64,000 nucleotides of DNA from Eimeria praecox (Eukaryota), in contig OY986946.1 of the NCBI GenBank assembly GCA_963920595.1, positions 7,440,001 to 7,504,000 of the forward strand. The letters run 5' to 3'. The translations under genes were made by a program, and so were the position numbers. Of this stretch, positions 18,451 through 37,249 are shown one piece after another (the stretch's first letter is position 1; every line of letters begins with the position of its first letter). Below the pieces are notes generated by a model that was not told the DNA's origin, did no database searches, and worked only from the letters and a program-made list of their open reading frames with translations.

Positions 18451-19692
18451 CACTAGCACCTACTGCATTTTAGAGGCATTTTAAAGACAAAGGTACAAAT
18501 CCAGGGATCAAGTTCCCCAGCTTCCCAGCTTCGAGCTTCGGGGTGCTTTTCATATTTGACAGTCAACAAAGCCAAATGCATTTATCATGAATTGCTTTGT
18601 CGAACAAACATTTTCAGTGAAATGTGAGGAGCATGCAGCGCAACGAGAAGCTGCACTGCCGTTACTTCGAAGCCTGAACATTATTAACTATACAATCGGT
18701 AAAGGGGTCAAAAGATATGACGGAGATTTTCTTGAGAGCATCTCAGGTTATTAAAACTTTGATAAGGAAACGCCCTTCATAACTGAGCTCTGCGACACAG
18801 TCTAGCTGCGTCTCGGAGCTCTGTTTAATTGTGAAACTGATGGTGGCCGCCGACCTGCGTTTCTTCTGAACGATGCTGTGGCTATGAGTATGATGAGACC
18901 CTTCGACCTCAGACTAGGGCAGCCGAGAACTGCAAGGAAGCCCAAACGTCTACTGTAATAATTCCCCCAATGCAGGCAGCCTTCCCTTATCCTTCACGGC
19001 TCCCTGAGTACAGTTGCGGGGGGCCCTCTTGAATGGGGCCTCTCCTCCGTTATATCAGCTACTTGCAACTGTTCCTGCTGCTACACCTGGTTCGAAAGTA
19101 CTACCACGCGTAGATTTGCTCGATCCCCTTCCCGATAAATGCAGGAGAACCATAGCAAATTGCCTGTACTTGTTGCTCATTCTTGTTGTACGAACATGGA
19201 TGCAACCACCTACCTCGGACACATCCTTCCGCAACTGTACAAAATAAGATTGTTGGGGCCACCCCAACTAACTAGAAGTAGAGCCCTGACTGGCTGTGGC
19301 TAGTCATAGCTCGCCCCCTCTGAGGGGCCGAGGGATACGTAGGCCTAGAGAGGCACATACACGAATCCCCTACATTCAGAAGAGAACATGGCTACGTACA
19401 TGAACCCGACTGTTCTACATGAGCTGTTTGTTTGCTGTTCCCCAGCCAGCTCCCTCCCCCCCCCCCCGGCCCCCTTGGTTGTGATTTGGGTCGTATAGTT
19501 TTTGATTTCGTTCTGCGGTTTTTTCTAGAGGCAAGCGAGCCGGTAAAGGCTTCACCCAACGGCGGCATCTGCCAGCCTCCATGGCAACGCTGCGCTCATT
19601 AGATGCATCAAAGAAGGGGACAAAATAGCTAAAACAATTCAAATTGGTTCAACTGTGTGGTGTATGTACACCTGAGGCCGCTGTCTGGGGCC

Positions 19693-25011
<5,319 letters not shown>

Positions 25012-25160
25012 TTGTACGCTGCCGTTTATGTCTCACCGCATTGAAATGTTATTAAAAATAGTTTAATTAATTGCATAAACTCAGGTGTTTATAAAATTTA
25101 TGAAGGCTGGAGGTGTAGTGACACCGCAAACCGTATGCTGCAGCAGCACATGCAGGCCCG

Positions 25161-25214
<54 letters not shown>

Positions 25215-25295
25215 ACAGCAGCCCCGATACAGCCAAATCGATTTGCTTCTCTTCCACACTGTTTCTGTTATGGCTTCCTAGATCTTCTTGTTTCT

Positions 25296-25351
25296 ACCCT
25301 AAACCCTAAACCCTAAACCCTAAACCCTAAACCCTAAACCCTAAACCCTAG
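25296..25351. repeat. Interstitial telomere-like (AAACCCT)n between divergent genes
   Basis: Direct reading; many more tracts occur in introns at 28.5, 34.6, 51.7-53.3, 55-56.8 and 59.6-63.1 kb. Confidence 0.95.
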
Positions 25352-25477
25352 AGGCTTCTGTCCTATCCCCAAAGAGAGTAGTAGGGTCTCTCTTCCATGC
25401 ATATTGCTTCAAATCTAAGACAAACACAATCACACATAACCTCATAAACAACTAAAACATAACCCTAAACCCTAAAT

Positions 25478-25720
25478 ATGACAGCCCGTATATCGGGGGG
25501 CCCCTCAAGGGGCCCCAAGCGAACGGTACGTTGGGGGCCCCCCCGCGATTCTGAAGATAGTTCTGATGATATTAATGATATTAATAATATTAATAATATT
25601 AATGATATTAATGATGAAGAAATAACTTCAAGTAGTAGCAGCGAAGACGAAGAGAGAAACAACAGAAGAGGCAAAAGATTGCAGATAGACGAGAAGTTAT
25701 TGAAGCAGGTTCGAAGGGTA

Positions 25721-25770
<50 letters not shown>

Positions 25771-26140
25771 GAAGAAGAAACAATCCATGCTGCTGCTAGG
25801 ACAAAGAGAAGGAGACAATAATAAACAACAACAGCAGCAGAAGACAGAGCAACTCAAGATACAACGCCAGTTGCATGCAAAACTTATTGGACTTAGGGTT
25901 TCTACAAACACCGCTCTCCGTCTAGCTAACAGACTCCCTGCAGCAGATGTGCTGCAGCTGCTGCTGCAGCAGCAGCAGCTGCAGCAGCAACCGCAGCAGC
26001 AGCAGGAAACACAAGCAGCAATTGATGCTGTCAGGAAAGAAGCAGCACGTACGTTCGTGCTTCTGCGGCAGCTGCAGTTGCTGTTGATGCAGCAATCATC
26101 TCTCGCTGCTGCATACACCGCAGCATCAACTGACAGAACA

Positions 26141-26175
<35 letters not shown>

Positions 26176-29100
26176 TGCTGCTGCTGCAGAAGGAGGCTGG
26201 CAGCACCGAAGAGACAAATACAAAGAACAACATATTCAGGGAGGCGAAACAGATGTGTGGAGGTTGTTGGGAGAGGGGCCTCTCGCTCAATCTATCCGTT
26301 CTGTTTGTCTCTCAAATGCTGATGCTTGGCATCAACAACTCGTAGCAGGGGTGAGAGCGAATTCGAAACCCTAAACCCTAGCTGCTAAACCCTAAACCCT
26401 AGCTGCTAAACCCTAAACCCTAGCTGCTAAACCCTAAACACTAGCTGTTAAACCCTATACCCGGGCTTATTAACAAAAACCCTTGCTGCTAAACCCTAAA
26501 CCCTAGCTGCTAAACCCTAAACCCTAGCTGCTAAACCCTAAACCCTAGCTGCTAAACCCTAAACCCTAGCTGTTAAACCCTAAAACCTAGCTGTTAAACC
26601 CTAAACCCTAGCTGCTAAACCCTAAACCCTAGCTGCTAAACCTTAACTAAACCCTACCTGCTATACCCTAACTAAACCCTAGCTGTTAAACCCTAAACCC
26701 TACACTCTAGCTTCTAAACTATATTCTTGCTGCTGGAAGCGATAATAGAACAAATACAGATATATCTTTTTTTCTGTTAATCTTAAAATTCATCTTTGAT
26801 TTTTTGATAAATGTTTGTTTTCGTTTAAAATTATATTTAAATACAACACAAGAAATGTTTGTTTATATTTTTTCATTTATTTTTATTTATTACTTTCTTG
26901 TATATTTATTGTTTATTTTCTGCTATATATCGTACAGAAAGATCGGAGATTTTCTGCATTTCATCAGTGTTTGATTTTTTGATAGATGTTTGTTTTCGTT
27001 TGAAATTATATTTAAATACAACACAAGAACTGTTTGTTTATTTATTTTTATTTATTACTTTCTTGTATATTTATTGTTTATTTGTTGCTATATATTGTAC
27101 AGAAAGATCGTAGATTTTCTGCATTTCATCAACCAGTTTCTATCCAGATCAAATCAGCGATGGAGAGTGAAGAAGAAAAATTGTTGAATCGAGCGTTGAA
27201 TATCTGCGGATGTTTTAATAAAAATACCCCTCATAAGGATAAAGAAATAGAATTAAATGAAGAAAACAATCAAAATAACAAAAAAGAAACTGAAAATACA
27301 ATTAAAACGCCATGTTCAGTTATTGGATGTGCGGAAATGAAGAAAATTAAAAAAGAAACCCAACATCAAATTTTTGATGATACTGTACGCCGTTGATTTG
27401 TATTTAAATTATCTTTCTCGCTATATTTATTATTATCTTTCTCGCTATATTTATTTTAATATTTCTATCTTTATTTTCTTCTTTCTTTCGTATTTGTTGC
27501 CTACGCTCTCCTGCCTCCGTACCCACATCATCTGTTCCTCCTTTTCTTTGTTGCTGTCTTCTTCCTATTTTTTATTTTTTTTGAATTTGCAGCTGTTTAC
27601 TCTTTTATTTGCACGTTTATCCGTGCAGGATGCAATGTTTCCTGCCGCCTGTACTTGGTTTGTTATGCTTACTTTGCTGATGTTGTTTGCTGATGTTGAA
27701 CTCTTCTACTTCTTCTGTAGCCCCCATTTCTTGTTTGCCGTCATTTTCACTGGCCAGTCTTGTAATTAGTTTTGTTTATTTCACGTGTTTCTGAGTCCGT
27801 TGTATCTATCTTTATCTTTTGATTCGCTCTCTATTAATCTACTCGAGTTTATTTCTTGAATTTCTTCATTTTAGTTGCTGTTTTATTCATACACGGGTGT
27901 TGTCACCAGTCTGTAGCAATTAACAATGATGTGCTTGATTGCCGGCTCCTTTCTTCTTTTTGTTGTATTTGCTTGCTTGTTTGTTTTTCTCTCTTGTATT
28001 TATTGTTTATCTCCTAGTTTGTTTGCCTCTTCATTGATATACTCTGTTCATCTCCCCTTTCTTCTGTTCCTATGCGTGTCTTGTTCATTTTCCAGTTTGT
28101 TTGTTTCTTTGTTTATTTGATTTTGTTTGTTTGTTTGTTTGTTTGATGTTTTCGTTTGAAGGATTTCTTGCTTTGGTGTGTTTGTTTATTCGCTTGTTTA
28201 TTACTCTGCTTTGCTTACTACAATGATGATGTGTGTGTTAGTCTTTTCTGCCTTATCAACTTGTTTGTTTGATTACATCGAGCTGTTGAAGTGTGTGGCA
28301 GTATTTTGATTTCCCCTACTTTCTTCTTTTCGATTTGATCGTCGCAGGACTTTTATGTGGATCTGCTGAAGGCCTCTGTAGCGGCAGGAGAGGGACAGTG
28401 AGCTACGTTCATATTCCTCTCACTCTTAGCCATTACACAGCCAGATAGATTCTATCAGCTCCTCTAAGAAGCAGAAAACAATATATCTTAAACCCTAAGA
28501 GAAGGGAAGATGCAAATGAGAGTTTGCGGCCTAGGGTTTAGGGTTTAGGGGTCAGGGTTTAGGGTTTAGGGTTTGTGCTTCTGCAGGGTGGAGGCAACCA
28601 CGCTATCGCAAGAGACGGCGCTACTGACAGCCAAAAGGAAGGCGTCGGGTTCGTTTTTCTTTGCTATTTTTGCTCCTTCAGAGTGTTGCAGGATTAGGAT
28701 GTAGGGTTTCTTGCTTAGGGTTTAGAGTTTAGGGTTTAGGGGTTTATGGTTTTGTGCTCGGGCGTTCAGGGAAGATGGTAGACCGCCGAGCTTCGAAAGG
28801 CCGCAAAATTCGCTACAAGCCAATACCTCAGCTAGAGAATTTTGTTGTGAGTTGACGCTGACTATCAGCAGGAGTTGATTGAATGAATAGCAAACAAAGT
28901 TGCTTCATTTTTCTGTAATATATTTACTATGAATCTCTTCGGTCGAATCAAGTGGCTTGGCTGCTTATTCATATTCAGCTTAAACCCTTAATTTGAATAC
29001 GTGACGCTGATATGTATCTGTCCAAGCGCAATCTTTTGTATAAAATTTAGGAAACATTATCATGTTGCTTATAATCCGCCTGTTCAGTTCAGTCTTTCTG

Positions 29101-29320
29101 TTTAAATATGCTCGGCTTCTGGCTAGCGCCTACACTCGTTTAGCAGGGCGTGCCTCCATCCCTTGTAATATATTTGGTTTTATCTAGGGTTTAGGGTTTG
29201 TATTTCCTGTTGTCTTTTCAGGCAGCAATCCCCTGGGCTCCCAACACGGATGCGTTGCCAGGAGCTGACGACCCCTTGGTTGTTGAAGCCCTTATGAACA
29301 ACCTCTTCGCCGCCAGGTGA
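25478..29320 (+). CDS. AATF: AATF/Bfr2 (TRAUB) ribosome-biogenesis factor, 6 exons: 25478-26350, 27103-27384, 28348-28397, 28587-28648, 28770-28846, 29222-29320
   Basis: Spliced product contains FSAFHQPVSIQI, IFDDTDFYVDLLK and VDRRASKGRKIRYKPIPQLENFVA, the hallmark AATF/Bfr2 C-terminal motifs. Confidence 0.88.
26367..26705. repeat. 21-bp compound telomere-variant repeat (CTAAACC CTAAACC CTAGCTG)n in AATF intron 1
   Basis: Direct reading, about 15 degenerate units. Confidence 0.9.
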
Positions 29321-30396
29321 TGGCATACCTAGCCATCCAGCTAGCCACCCCAGCTAGCCATTCATAACCACTTCAGCTAGCTACAACAAGCCATCCTAGG
29401 CAGCAGGAGGCAATTAGTTGTGCTCGTGCTAAGATTAGCGGGAACAAGAAATCCTGCGGTTGCATATTGTGCCTTACTGCTGATCTAGCTAACTCGCTAG
29501 GTGGATGGGACATCAGCTGCTTATCTACGTATAATGGCTTTTCCATTGGGAAGGCCGTTGGGCATGCGTTCAGCTAGCTAGTTAGCTAGTTGGACGCCAG
29601 ATTAGGTAGCTGGCTAGCTAGCCAGCTAGCTAGCTGGCTAGGGGTAGGTAGCCCGGCTAGCCAGATAGCTTCAGCTGGTGCTGTCCTACTAGGTCCTTTT
29701 GCTTCGTTGCGGATGGCATTTCTTTATTTGTTATGTGAGGGCATTTCTCCGGCTGTTTATGAGGGTAGATCGTGGGAACTGCTGGAGAAACTAGCGAAGA
29801 TTTACGCGGCTCAATTTCAGGTGTATTCACTCCCCAGAACGCTCAATCGCCTCCCCTAAACTCACTCTTTACTACTTTACCATTAAACCTCTAACGCAGC
29901 CCCAAGTATGAACCGTTAACTGCCGCGCTAGCCACAGCCCTCGGATGAATAGACTGACTGTTCTATCCTTCGAGTTTTAATCCATATTCCCCCGTCCTAA
30001 AACCTGCATCCCCTGGACCAGCCGTAAGCCCGCAACATGAACCCTAAACCATCATTCCTAGTCTGTACCCCCACTGTAAGTCCTAAAACTACGTTTCTTT
30101 TGCTCAATTTAAACCATAAATCCTAACTTGAAGCTTCGAGCCTCCCCGAGCTCGTTCGAGTTCTTACTCCACGCGCTTGCGCCAGGACAGAAAAACAAAA
30201 TGATGGCGCATCGTTGGAGTTTGGAATTTGTTGCTGATGTGCTGATTTAAGCTATTTCTCTTCTCTCAGCAGACAGCATAAAGGAGCCCGCGTTGGCGGC
30301 ACTCAGCGATGCCTGTCTGAGTTGGCGATCTGTCATTCTACTCTCCTTGTTCATCTTTACAGACCATTTATCTACTTAATTTTGTATTCGTGTACT

Positions 30397-33300
30397 TTAC
30401 TGCTTCTCTGACGAGCTGCCTGTCTTCACGCGTTTGATAGCATCGGATATTGCTTCCTTCTGCAGCCCCGAGATAAGAACAAATCAGCAATCAACAGCAA
30501 TATGCATTAAGCACATATCAAGCAACAAACAAAAGAAAATATACTAACAACGAGGAACGAAATGCAGTGATAGAGAGGTCAAGAAGTAAACACAAAGCAT
30601 ATGCATGTGGGCACATCACCAGTGCAAAAGAGCTGACAAATAGCCAGAATCAAGGAGCTTCAATGTGAAAGCAACAGAGGAATAAACATATAAATGAAAA
30701 CGGGCTACACACAACAAGGGGACAAGCATGGATGCGCCGAATCAACGAACTGAAACCAAACCCCCAAATCCCGAAGCTTTTATCCTAAACCCTAATCTAA
30801 ACCCTAAACCCTAAACCCTAAACCCTGAAATGGCAAGCTTACAAGTCCCTCGAAAGCCTGGAAGGAGGCAACAAGGAGCTGCGGATCGTTGACTTTCTCT
30901 CCGTTTTCATTGAATACAACAACACTATTGCTGTCCATAAGGGGCTGGAGTTGTTTGCTCTTGTAGAGAGAATTGATCTGATCTGCCTCCTCTTTTGCTG
31001 TCTCATTCGCATTCGATGCCATAATCCAGTGGGTATACACCTCCGCCTCGGCTTTGTGCCCCTTTTCCTTCTCTTGCATCACTTTTAAAAATTCATCTGC
31101 TTTCACCTCCTTTGCCTCACTGAACCGGCTGTACATCTCACGGAAATACTCCTCAAATACCTCACGCTGTGGGTCGTCCGTACGTAGCCGGCGTAAGAAT
31201 GCCTGAGAGGCGCATTCGCCTTCGCTGCAGAACCTGAGCAAGACAGCGAAAACAGACAATACACAACAAACCATGCCCTACACTGCAAAACGTGAATAAA
31301 AAATAAAAATAATGGATATGATATCAATTAAAATAAACCCGCAAAGGAGATAATGCCGACTTGAGTTGAGCAAGCCCACGAGTATGATATGATGGCGTAA
31401 TGATAAGCATACACACGAATAAACACGAAAACCACAGATAGCACTGGAGCGAATAAAGATATAAAAACCAAATAGATATCTCTGTTGGAAGTGCAGATGA
31501 AGAAGAATAGCAAACCCCAAGCGAAAAAACAACATGAAGAACAACCGCCGAGAAGAGTCAAACACACAGAACAACGGCAAACACGGAAACCAAACAAATA
31601 ACGTTAGAACAACGAAAAGAATAGGTGCATAACAACAGAACGCCTGGATCCAAGAAAACAACATAAGAGCTAAAGGAGTTATAAATTACCAATGGGGGCC
31701 TCTCTGCTCGAGTATATCCGCAAAAGAATCAAGCACAGCCGCATACGCAGGATTAAATCGCTGGCCTGTCATCGTTAGATGGTCCTGCAAGCATACAACA
31801 ACGGAGATGGCAAAGTTGTGGTGTACAGGCAGATCATTACTGCAACAGTAGCAGATACACACCCTCCCCCTTTAGGAAGCAAGGGTATAGAGGAGCAAAT
31901 CGCTTCATAACCAAATACTGAATATTTGCTCTTTTTCCTTTGTTTGCTTCCCCAACCCCAAACAACCATCTGCAGCAATTCTAAAGGAAAACCACTTTCC
32001 AGATAGCGAACTATTTCCCCTATTACACGCTGCCTAGTTGTGCTTCAGCTCCACATAGCTGAGGTGTATGTATGCACAACGATGCCGCCACACAGACTTC
32101 CCCCAGGAGCTGCGTCTGTACAGCTCGTTCACCACTCTACTGCCCCTTGGTGGAGCAAATATACAACTGGGCATGACAGGTAGTAGGGCTGCTGCTGCTG
32201 TGTGCTGCTGCGCGGTGTGCATCTCCGTGGGGTGTATACACACCATGATACGTGTCAAGGCGGTCTTCGGGCTGGGGGGGTTCCTATAGAGTTTGTGAGG
32301 CAGATAGAAGAGAGCATTAACGTCACTTCCTAGAGAATACCATTTGCCCTTTGCATTATCTGTCTTCATAACTGTGAGCGCTGAGCGGAGAGAAAAGCAG
32401 GGAATGAAGGGGTGGCATAGGAAGCTGTAGGAAGCCATCAGCCGCCCCACAGCCGCAGAGACACGAGCAGCTTCGGCGTTGAACTGTTTCATCAGATGCC
32501 CGTCCAAGTCGTGCTTCAAGTCCAAAGGCAGCAAATCGAGAGGCTCTTCCCGAGACAACGCAGCTAACTGGAAAGCAGAGCGGCGCCGCTGTGCCTACGA
32601 AAGAAAAAACAGACAGCAAGCAGCAAGAGAGATGCTCAACACCGAACACTGCACAAGCCATTGCAACAGAAGCAAGAAACATTCTCTGAATATAATAAGC
32701 AGACAACGTGTGAAGCTTTCGTGCGAAGGCGAAGGGAGACAAATAAAGCTAGAGAGAGCTGTAGTATGTAGTCTTACCACAGACAAAAACCGATAACGTT
32801 GATCCTCGATGTCTCCCAGCCATTGCCACGGCATCAACTCAGGGAAGAAACGATAATCCCCTCCAGTCCGGATCAAATAATACATCATGTGCTCGATAAA
32901 GGCCTTTCTAAGCAAACAATGAAGCAAATAGAGACGTTACAAAAGATGCATACACCACAGCACATGCTCTACCGAGTGGCATATTCAAAAGCAAAAGAAG
33001 AAACAAACAAACAAATGCTCAAAACAACAAATCAATATTGAAAGAAAGAAAACACAAAACAACAAATCAAACATAACATCAGTGTAAGGAAGTTCTTAAT
33101 GAGGGTAGAACGAAGGAGGGAAAGCCTTCTTCGTCTTAATGAATAAGTTGGAGTCATTCAACAACGAAAAAGAGCAAAAGAGAGCGAGAGAGAGAGAGAG
33201 GAGAAACGGAGTCAAATGATAGAAAAGAAAGCAACAGAAGCAAGGGAAGACTACGAATAGCAGCGAGGTGCGATAGAGAGCAACTCGCTGCTATTCACAA

Positions 33301-35528
33301 AACTAATGACAGAAGAAGAAGCCTGCTTGCCTATGTATATCATAGTACTCCCAAGAAGGTAAGGTGTCTACAAAACTGTAGAGAAGAGGTGTATCTGAAC
33401 GATCGTTAAACTTATTCACACGCTTATGCCAATCTTTGCGAGCCTCCTCAACCACAGCCTTCAGAAACAAACATACAAACACGCAAACAAGACACACTGA
33501 AGCAGCAGCTGCTGCTGCTGCACCTGCTGCTGCTGCAGCTGCTGGTGATACAGGTAGTGCTCGTGCTGCTGCTCGTGCTGCTGCTAGGCCTCGTCTAGCG
33601 CAGGAGCTGCTGCTGCGTCAAGTGCTGGTGGAGGCACCGCTATTGTTGTGCATGGCTTCACTGCTAGTCCTGTTGCTGCTGCTGCTGCAACGGCTGGTGC
33701 TGGTGGTGCTGCTGCTGCAACTGCTGGTGCTGGTGGTGCTGCTGCTGCAACTGCTGGTGCTGCTGGTGCTGCTGCTGCTGCTTACTGGGCTTTCAGGGTC
33801 TGCTACTCCTGGTTGGTATTGGGAGTAGAAGAAATGCTTCTCCACGAACGCCTGCCAATACAAGTCTGAATCAAGCCACTGCAGCAGCAGCAGCAGCAAC
33901 AACAACAACAGCAACAACAGCAGCAGCAGCAGCAGTGGGTGCAGCAGCAGCAACAACACGAACGAGCCAAAGCAAGAGAACAAACAACAAAGGAAGAAAC
34001 AGGAAGGCCAAGGACATCATCACCTGCAGAATCAGGAGGAAGTATAAAAAGAAACAATAAAAGATAAACAAGAGAAAGAAATTGAATACGGAGGAAGAGG
34101 AGAAGTTAAGATAAAATAATCAAAATAAAAAACATATAATAGAAAGATGAAGAAACAAATAAAATACTAACTACAACATCAAACATGTTTTATGTTTGAT
34201 GTTTTAGTAGTTATTATTTTCTTTGTTTCTTCATCTTTCTCTTATATGTTTTTATTTAAATAATAATAAATTATTATTATTAAAATAAATAATAAAACAA
34301 ACCTCATTTGTATCTAATGCTGCAAGAGGAGGATTATGATAAGAAATCCAAAGGGCAGCAGCTCCCTTGTTAAGGATATCTTCAGATTGTTTGACTGCTG
34401 CTACACAGCTTGCAATGGCATTATCTAATAAACACCATCGCATATCTTTGGTTTCTTTGTTGTTTATTTCTTTCGTCTTCTCCTTTAATACGTTTGGTGA
34501 TAGCAAATGCTCATACACACGCATCTGTTGCTCGTAGTGAGCGCGGAGACTGAACACACACGCAAACCCTAAACCCTAAACCCTAAACCCTACCCTAAAC
34601 CCTACCCTAAACCCTAGCCTAAACCCTAAACCCTAAATCAATTCCAGGCCTTAAACGCCACTTTCTACGTGGCGCCACACAGGCCCTTGCATCCTAAAAT
34701 AAAAACAAAATTGACTCCGTTAATAGAAGAGCTTTCTAAACCCTAAACCCTAAACCCTAAACCCTAAACCCTAAACCCTAAGCCTTTAACACCGCCACGT
34801 CCGCGTCAAAATCGAAGACCCATCATACAGATTAAACCACGGATACTAAGAAGCCTCCACTCCCTACATTTGAAACCCTATACCCTACACAGTCAAACCC
34901 TCTACATACAACCCTCAACCCCAAAACCTAAATAGACAAATCCCAGACACTTCTGTCTCTGTGGTGTTTACTGTTTACCCTTTAACAAGATCTTTGTGTG
35001 CAATTTCACTTTCCCAATACTCCCAATCAATTTGTTTGTTTTTGTATTTATCTTCTTCTGCTTTTTTGCATGTATTATTAATATGTTGCTCTGTCTGTTT
35101 GATGATCCCCCAAGCTCCTTGATTCGTTCTATCTACAAATTGAGACAAACCGTTCCACGTAGAAAACCGACGGGTTAACGATTGCCAAACCCCCCCACAT
35201 GGCCTGCACACACGCGTTCAAGACTTGGGGTTTAGGGTTTATACCCTGTGCTTTAGTGTTTGTAGCTGGAGAGAACGAGAAGCAGCAGCTGGACAGCACA
35301 ACTCTGTGCTGCTGCTGCAGCAGCAGCAGCAGCAGCATCAGCAGCAGTGAATGCTGTATGCCGTCAGAGCGTTAAGTTTGCTAATAGGACTGCAGACTCG
35401 CTACGAGCAGCAGCAGCAGCAGCAGCTGCTGCTGCTGCTGCTGTAGCCGTTGTTGCAGCAGTCCCTCAAGTCGCTGTTCTGTATGCTGCTGCTGCTGTGT
35501 GTGCGGCCGACCTTCTGAGGGGATTCAT
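30397..35528 (-). CDS. Mitochondrial ATP synthase subunit d (long apicomplexan form), 10 exons: 35528-35512, 35203-34979, 34549-34303, 33878-33786, 33458-33331, 32907-32778, 32594-32244, 31784-31690, 31233-30843, 30459-30397
   Basis: Spliced product has IDWEYWESEIAHKD, NEWLDSDLYWQAFVEKH, KFNDRSDTPLLY, RTGGDYRFFPE, SLGSDVNALFYLP and SQAFLRRLRTDDP, matching my recollection of Toxoplasma subunit d. N-terminus is presequence-like (MNPLRR...TRRFST). Confidence 0.88.
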
Positions 35529-36099
35529 ATTGGCAGATCAAAATGATAAGAAGAAGAAGGAGAGCAACGGAGGCTCAAAACCTTAAACCTAAGCCTTCGA
35601 CACAACACACCCCCAGCCCCCTTAGGCTAGGGCCTCGGATTCATTAACAGACAGCAACAGCTGCTGGTGTGCTCTATACGAACTGTTTCTATCTCAGTAA
35701 AACCAGTTTAAAAACCTAAAATATCAACACTCAAACCTAAAACATAAAATTAAACTGAACGCATGCGAAGCCCCGGAAGAAGACAGGAGGGGAGTAGGGC
35801 TGGAGGGTACAATGTCTCTATAAACTGTCAACGAACAAATAAAACAATTTATATATTATAAAGAGAATAATATATAGGCAATTAGAGTGGTATAAAAAGT
35901 GGAAGGGATAGGTTTTTGATAGTGACGGACCACTGTGGTCTCTGTACTGATGAGGCTGTCTTGCCTGCCGCTAGTACAGCAACTGTGCTGTACATTTAGC
36001 GATGTAGCCCCATATTATTTTTTGTGTGAAGTTGCTTCATATATTTCTAAACGCGTGCTGTCTGAATGTTGCTGGCCAGGTAAGTGTTTAACGATTGTT

Positions 36100-36915
36100 T
36101 CTAGCGTTAGTGCTTGCAGCTAGAAGCCGGACTTGTAGCATTCTGTGAGTGACCTTGATACTCGTAACGCTACTTACGCGCAGGCTAACTATGGACGATC
36201 AAGTAAGGGGTTTAGGATAGTCTGCACTACAGTCTACAGTTCTACCATGTGCAGAAAAGGGGAATTGAATCCGCGTGCATGCGACCTTGCAATACTGCCA
36301 GCAACAAGGTGTGTTACAGCCTTCGAAAGATTGGCCTTGTCCTCCATCAGCACCAGGCCATTGGGTTGATGTGCCCAGAACGTAAGGGAGCTGGAGGGAA
36401 ATTCAGCTGTTCCGGGGGAACTCAATGTTCAGCTTTCTAACTCCTTTGGTGCTCACGACATCCCTCGACTAAGGCCGAGGACTCTCGTTACACCTGGCAG
36501 CACAGCTTGGTTGACTGGGGCAGATGTACGCAACAAAACCTAGCCTCCGCTGTAGCATAGTCTGTGTGACGCTGTTACTTGTATTTCTACTTGGTGGCAA
36601 GCTGGCTATGGAGGGCCAGATAGGGGATTAACGGTTGGCAGCCTACAGAGTTAGCCCACCCATCAAAGTAATTAGCTGTACATGCATGTGGGGACACTTT
36701 GCAGCACTAGTTGCAGCGAGACGAGTTGCGGCGCATGACAGCCCTGCCCGTGTCCGCACCAGCTAAAGGCCCTTGGGTCTGGGCGCTCAGGGGGTCTTGA
36801 GGGGCGAAGGGGGATAAGCTGCTTTTGGCGAACTCTTTCTTTAAGTTTTTGACTCTATCATTGCTCACGACGGTCCTTCACTATAGTCAGAGACTCTTGT
36901 TACACCCGGTGCATG
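36100..36915 (+). repeat. Two tandem diverged copies (about 412-bp period) of the repeat also present at 15830-16240
   Basis: ACTCTCGTTACACC at 36481 and ACTCTTGTTACACC at 36893, with colinear upstream blocks. Confidence 0.7.
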
Positions 36916-37249
36916 GAAGCTTAGCGCGCAAAAATAACAGCAAAAAGGAAGAAAATTAAAAAGTCGCTTATACATCGTTTTTTTCCTTAAGAATCCTTAC
37001 TAAAGCCTCAACAATTTCCTTCTTGCATGAGGGATATTGATCATTGTCTGCCCTTGGCTGGGGATGCAACCCGGGCTCGGGCGTCCCGCCAAGCAGAAGA
37101 AGCTCGATTTTCGCATCCCATCCGGCGGAACTTACAATTACACGATAAACAATTTATGAAGAATGCCTCCCGCCGATACTCCAAGTATGACAGGCGCCTC
37201 GATGCGAAGGCAGCAGAGTTTCTCGCTTCCCTCAACCTATAGCTTCGTC

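Noticed and set aside
16430..19420. LTR pair flanking the first gypsy remnant (TG starts near 16475 and 19418)
   Set aside because: Only weak similarity over about 35 bp; no convincing primer-binding site or target-site duplication.
35190..35200. Frameshift or assembly error in a G7 run after GCCATG in subunit d
   Set aside because: A 17-nt upstream exon (35528-35512) restores the frame without an indel.
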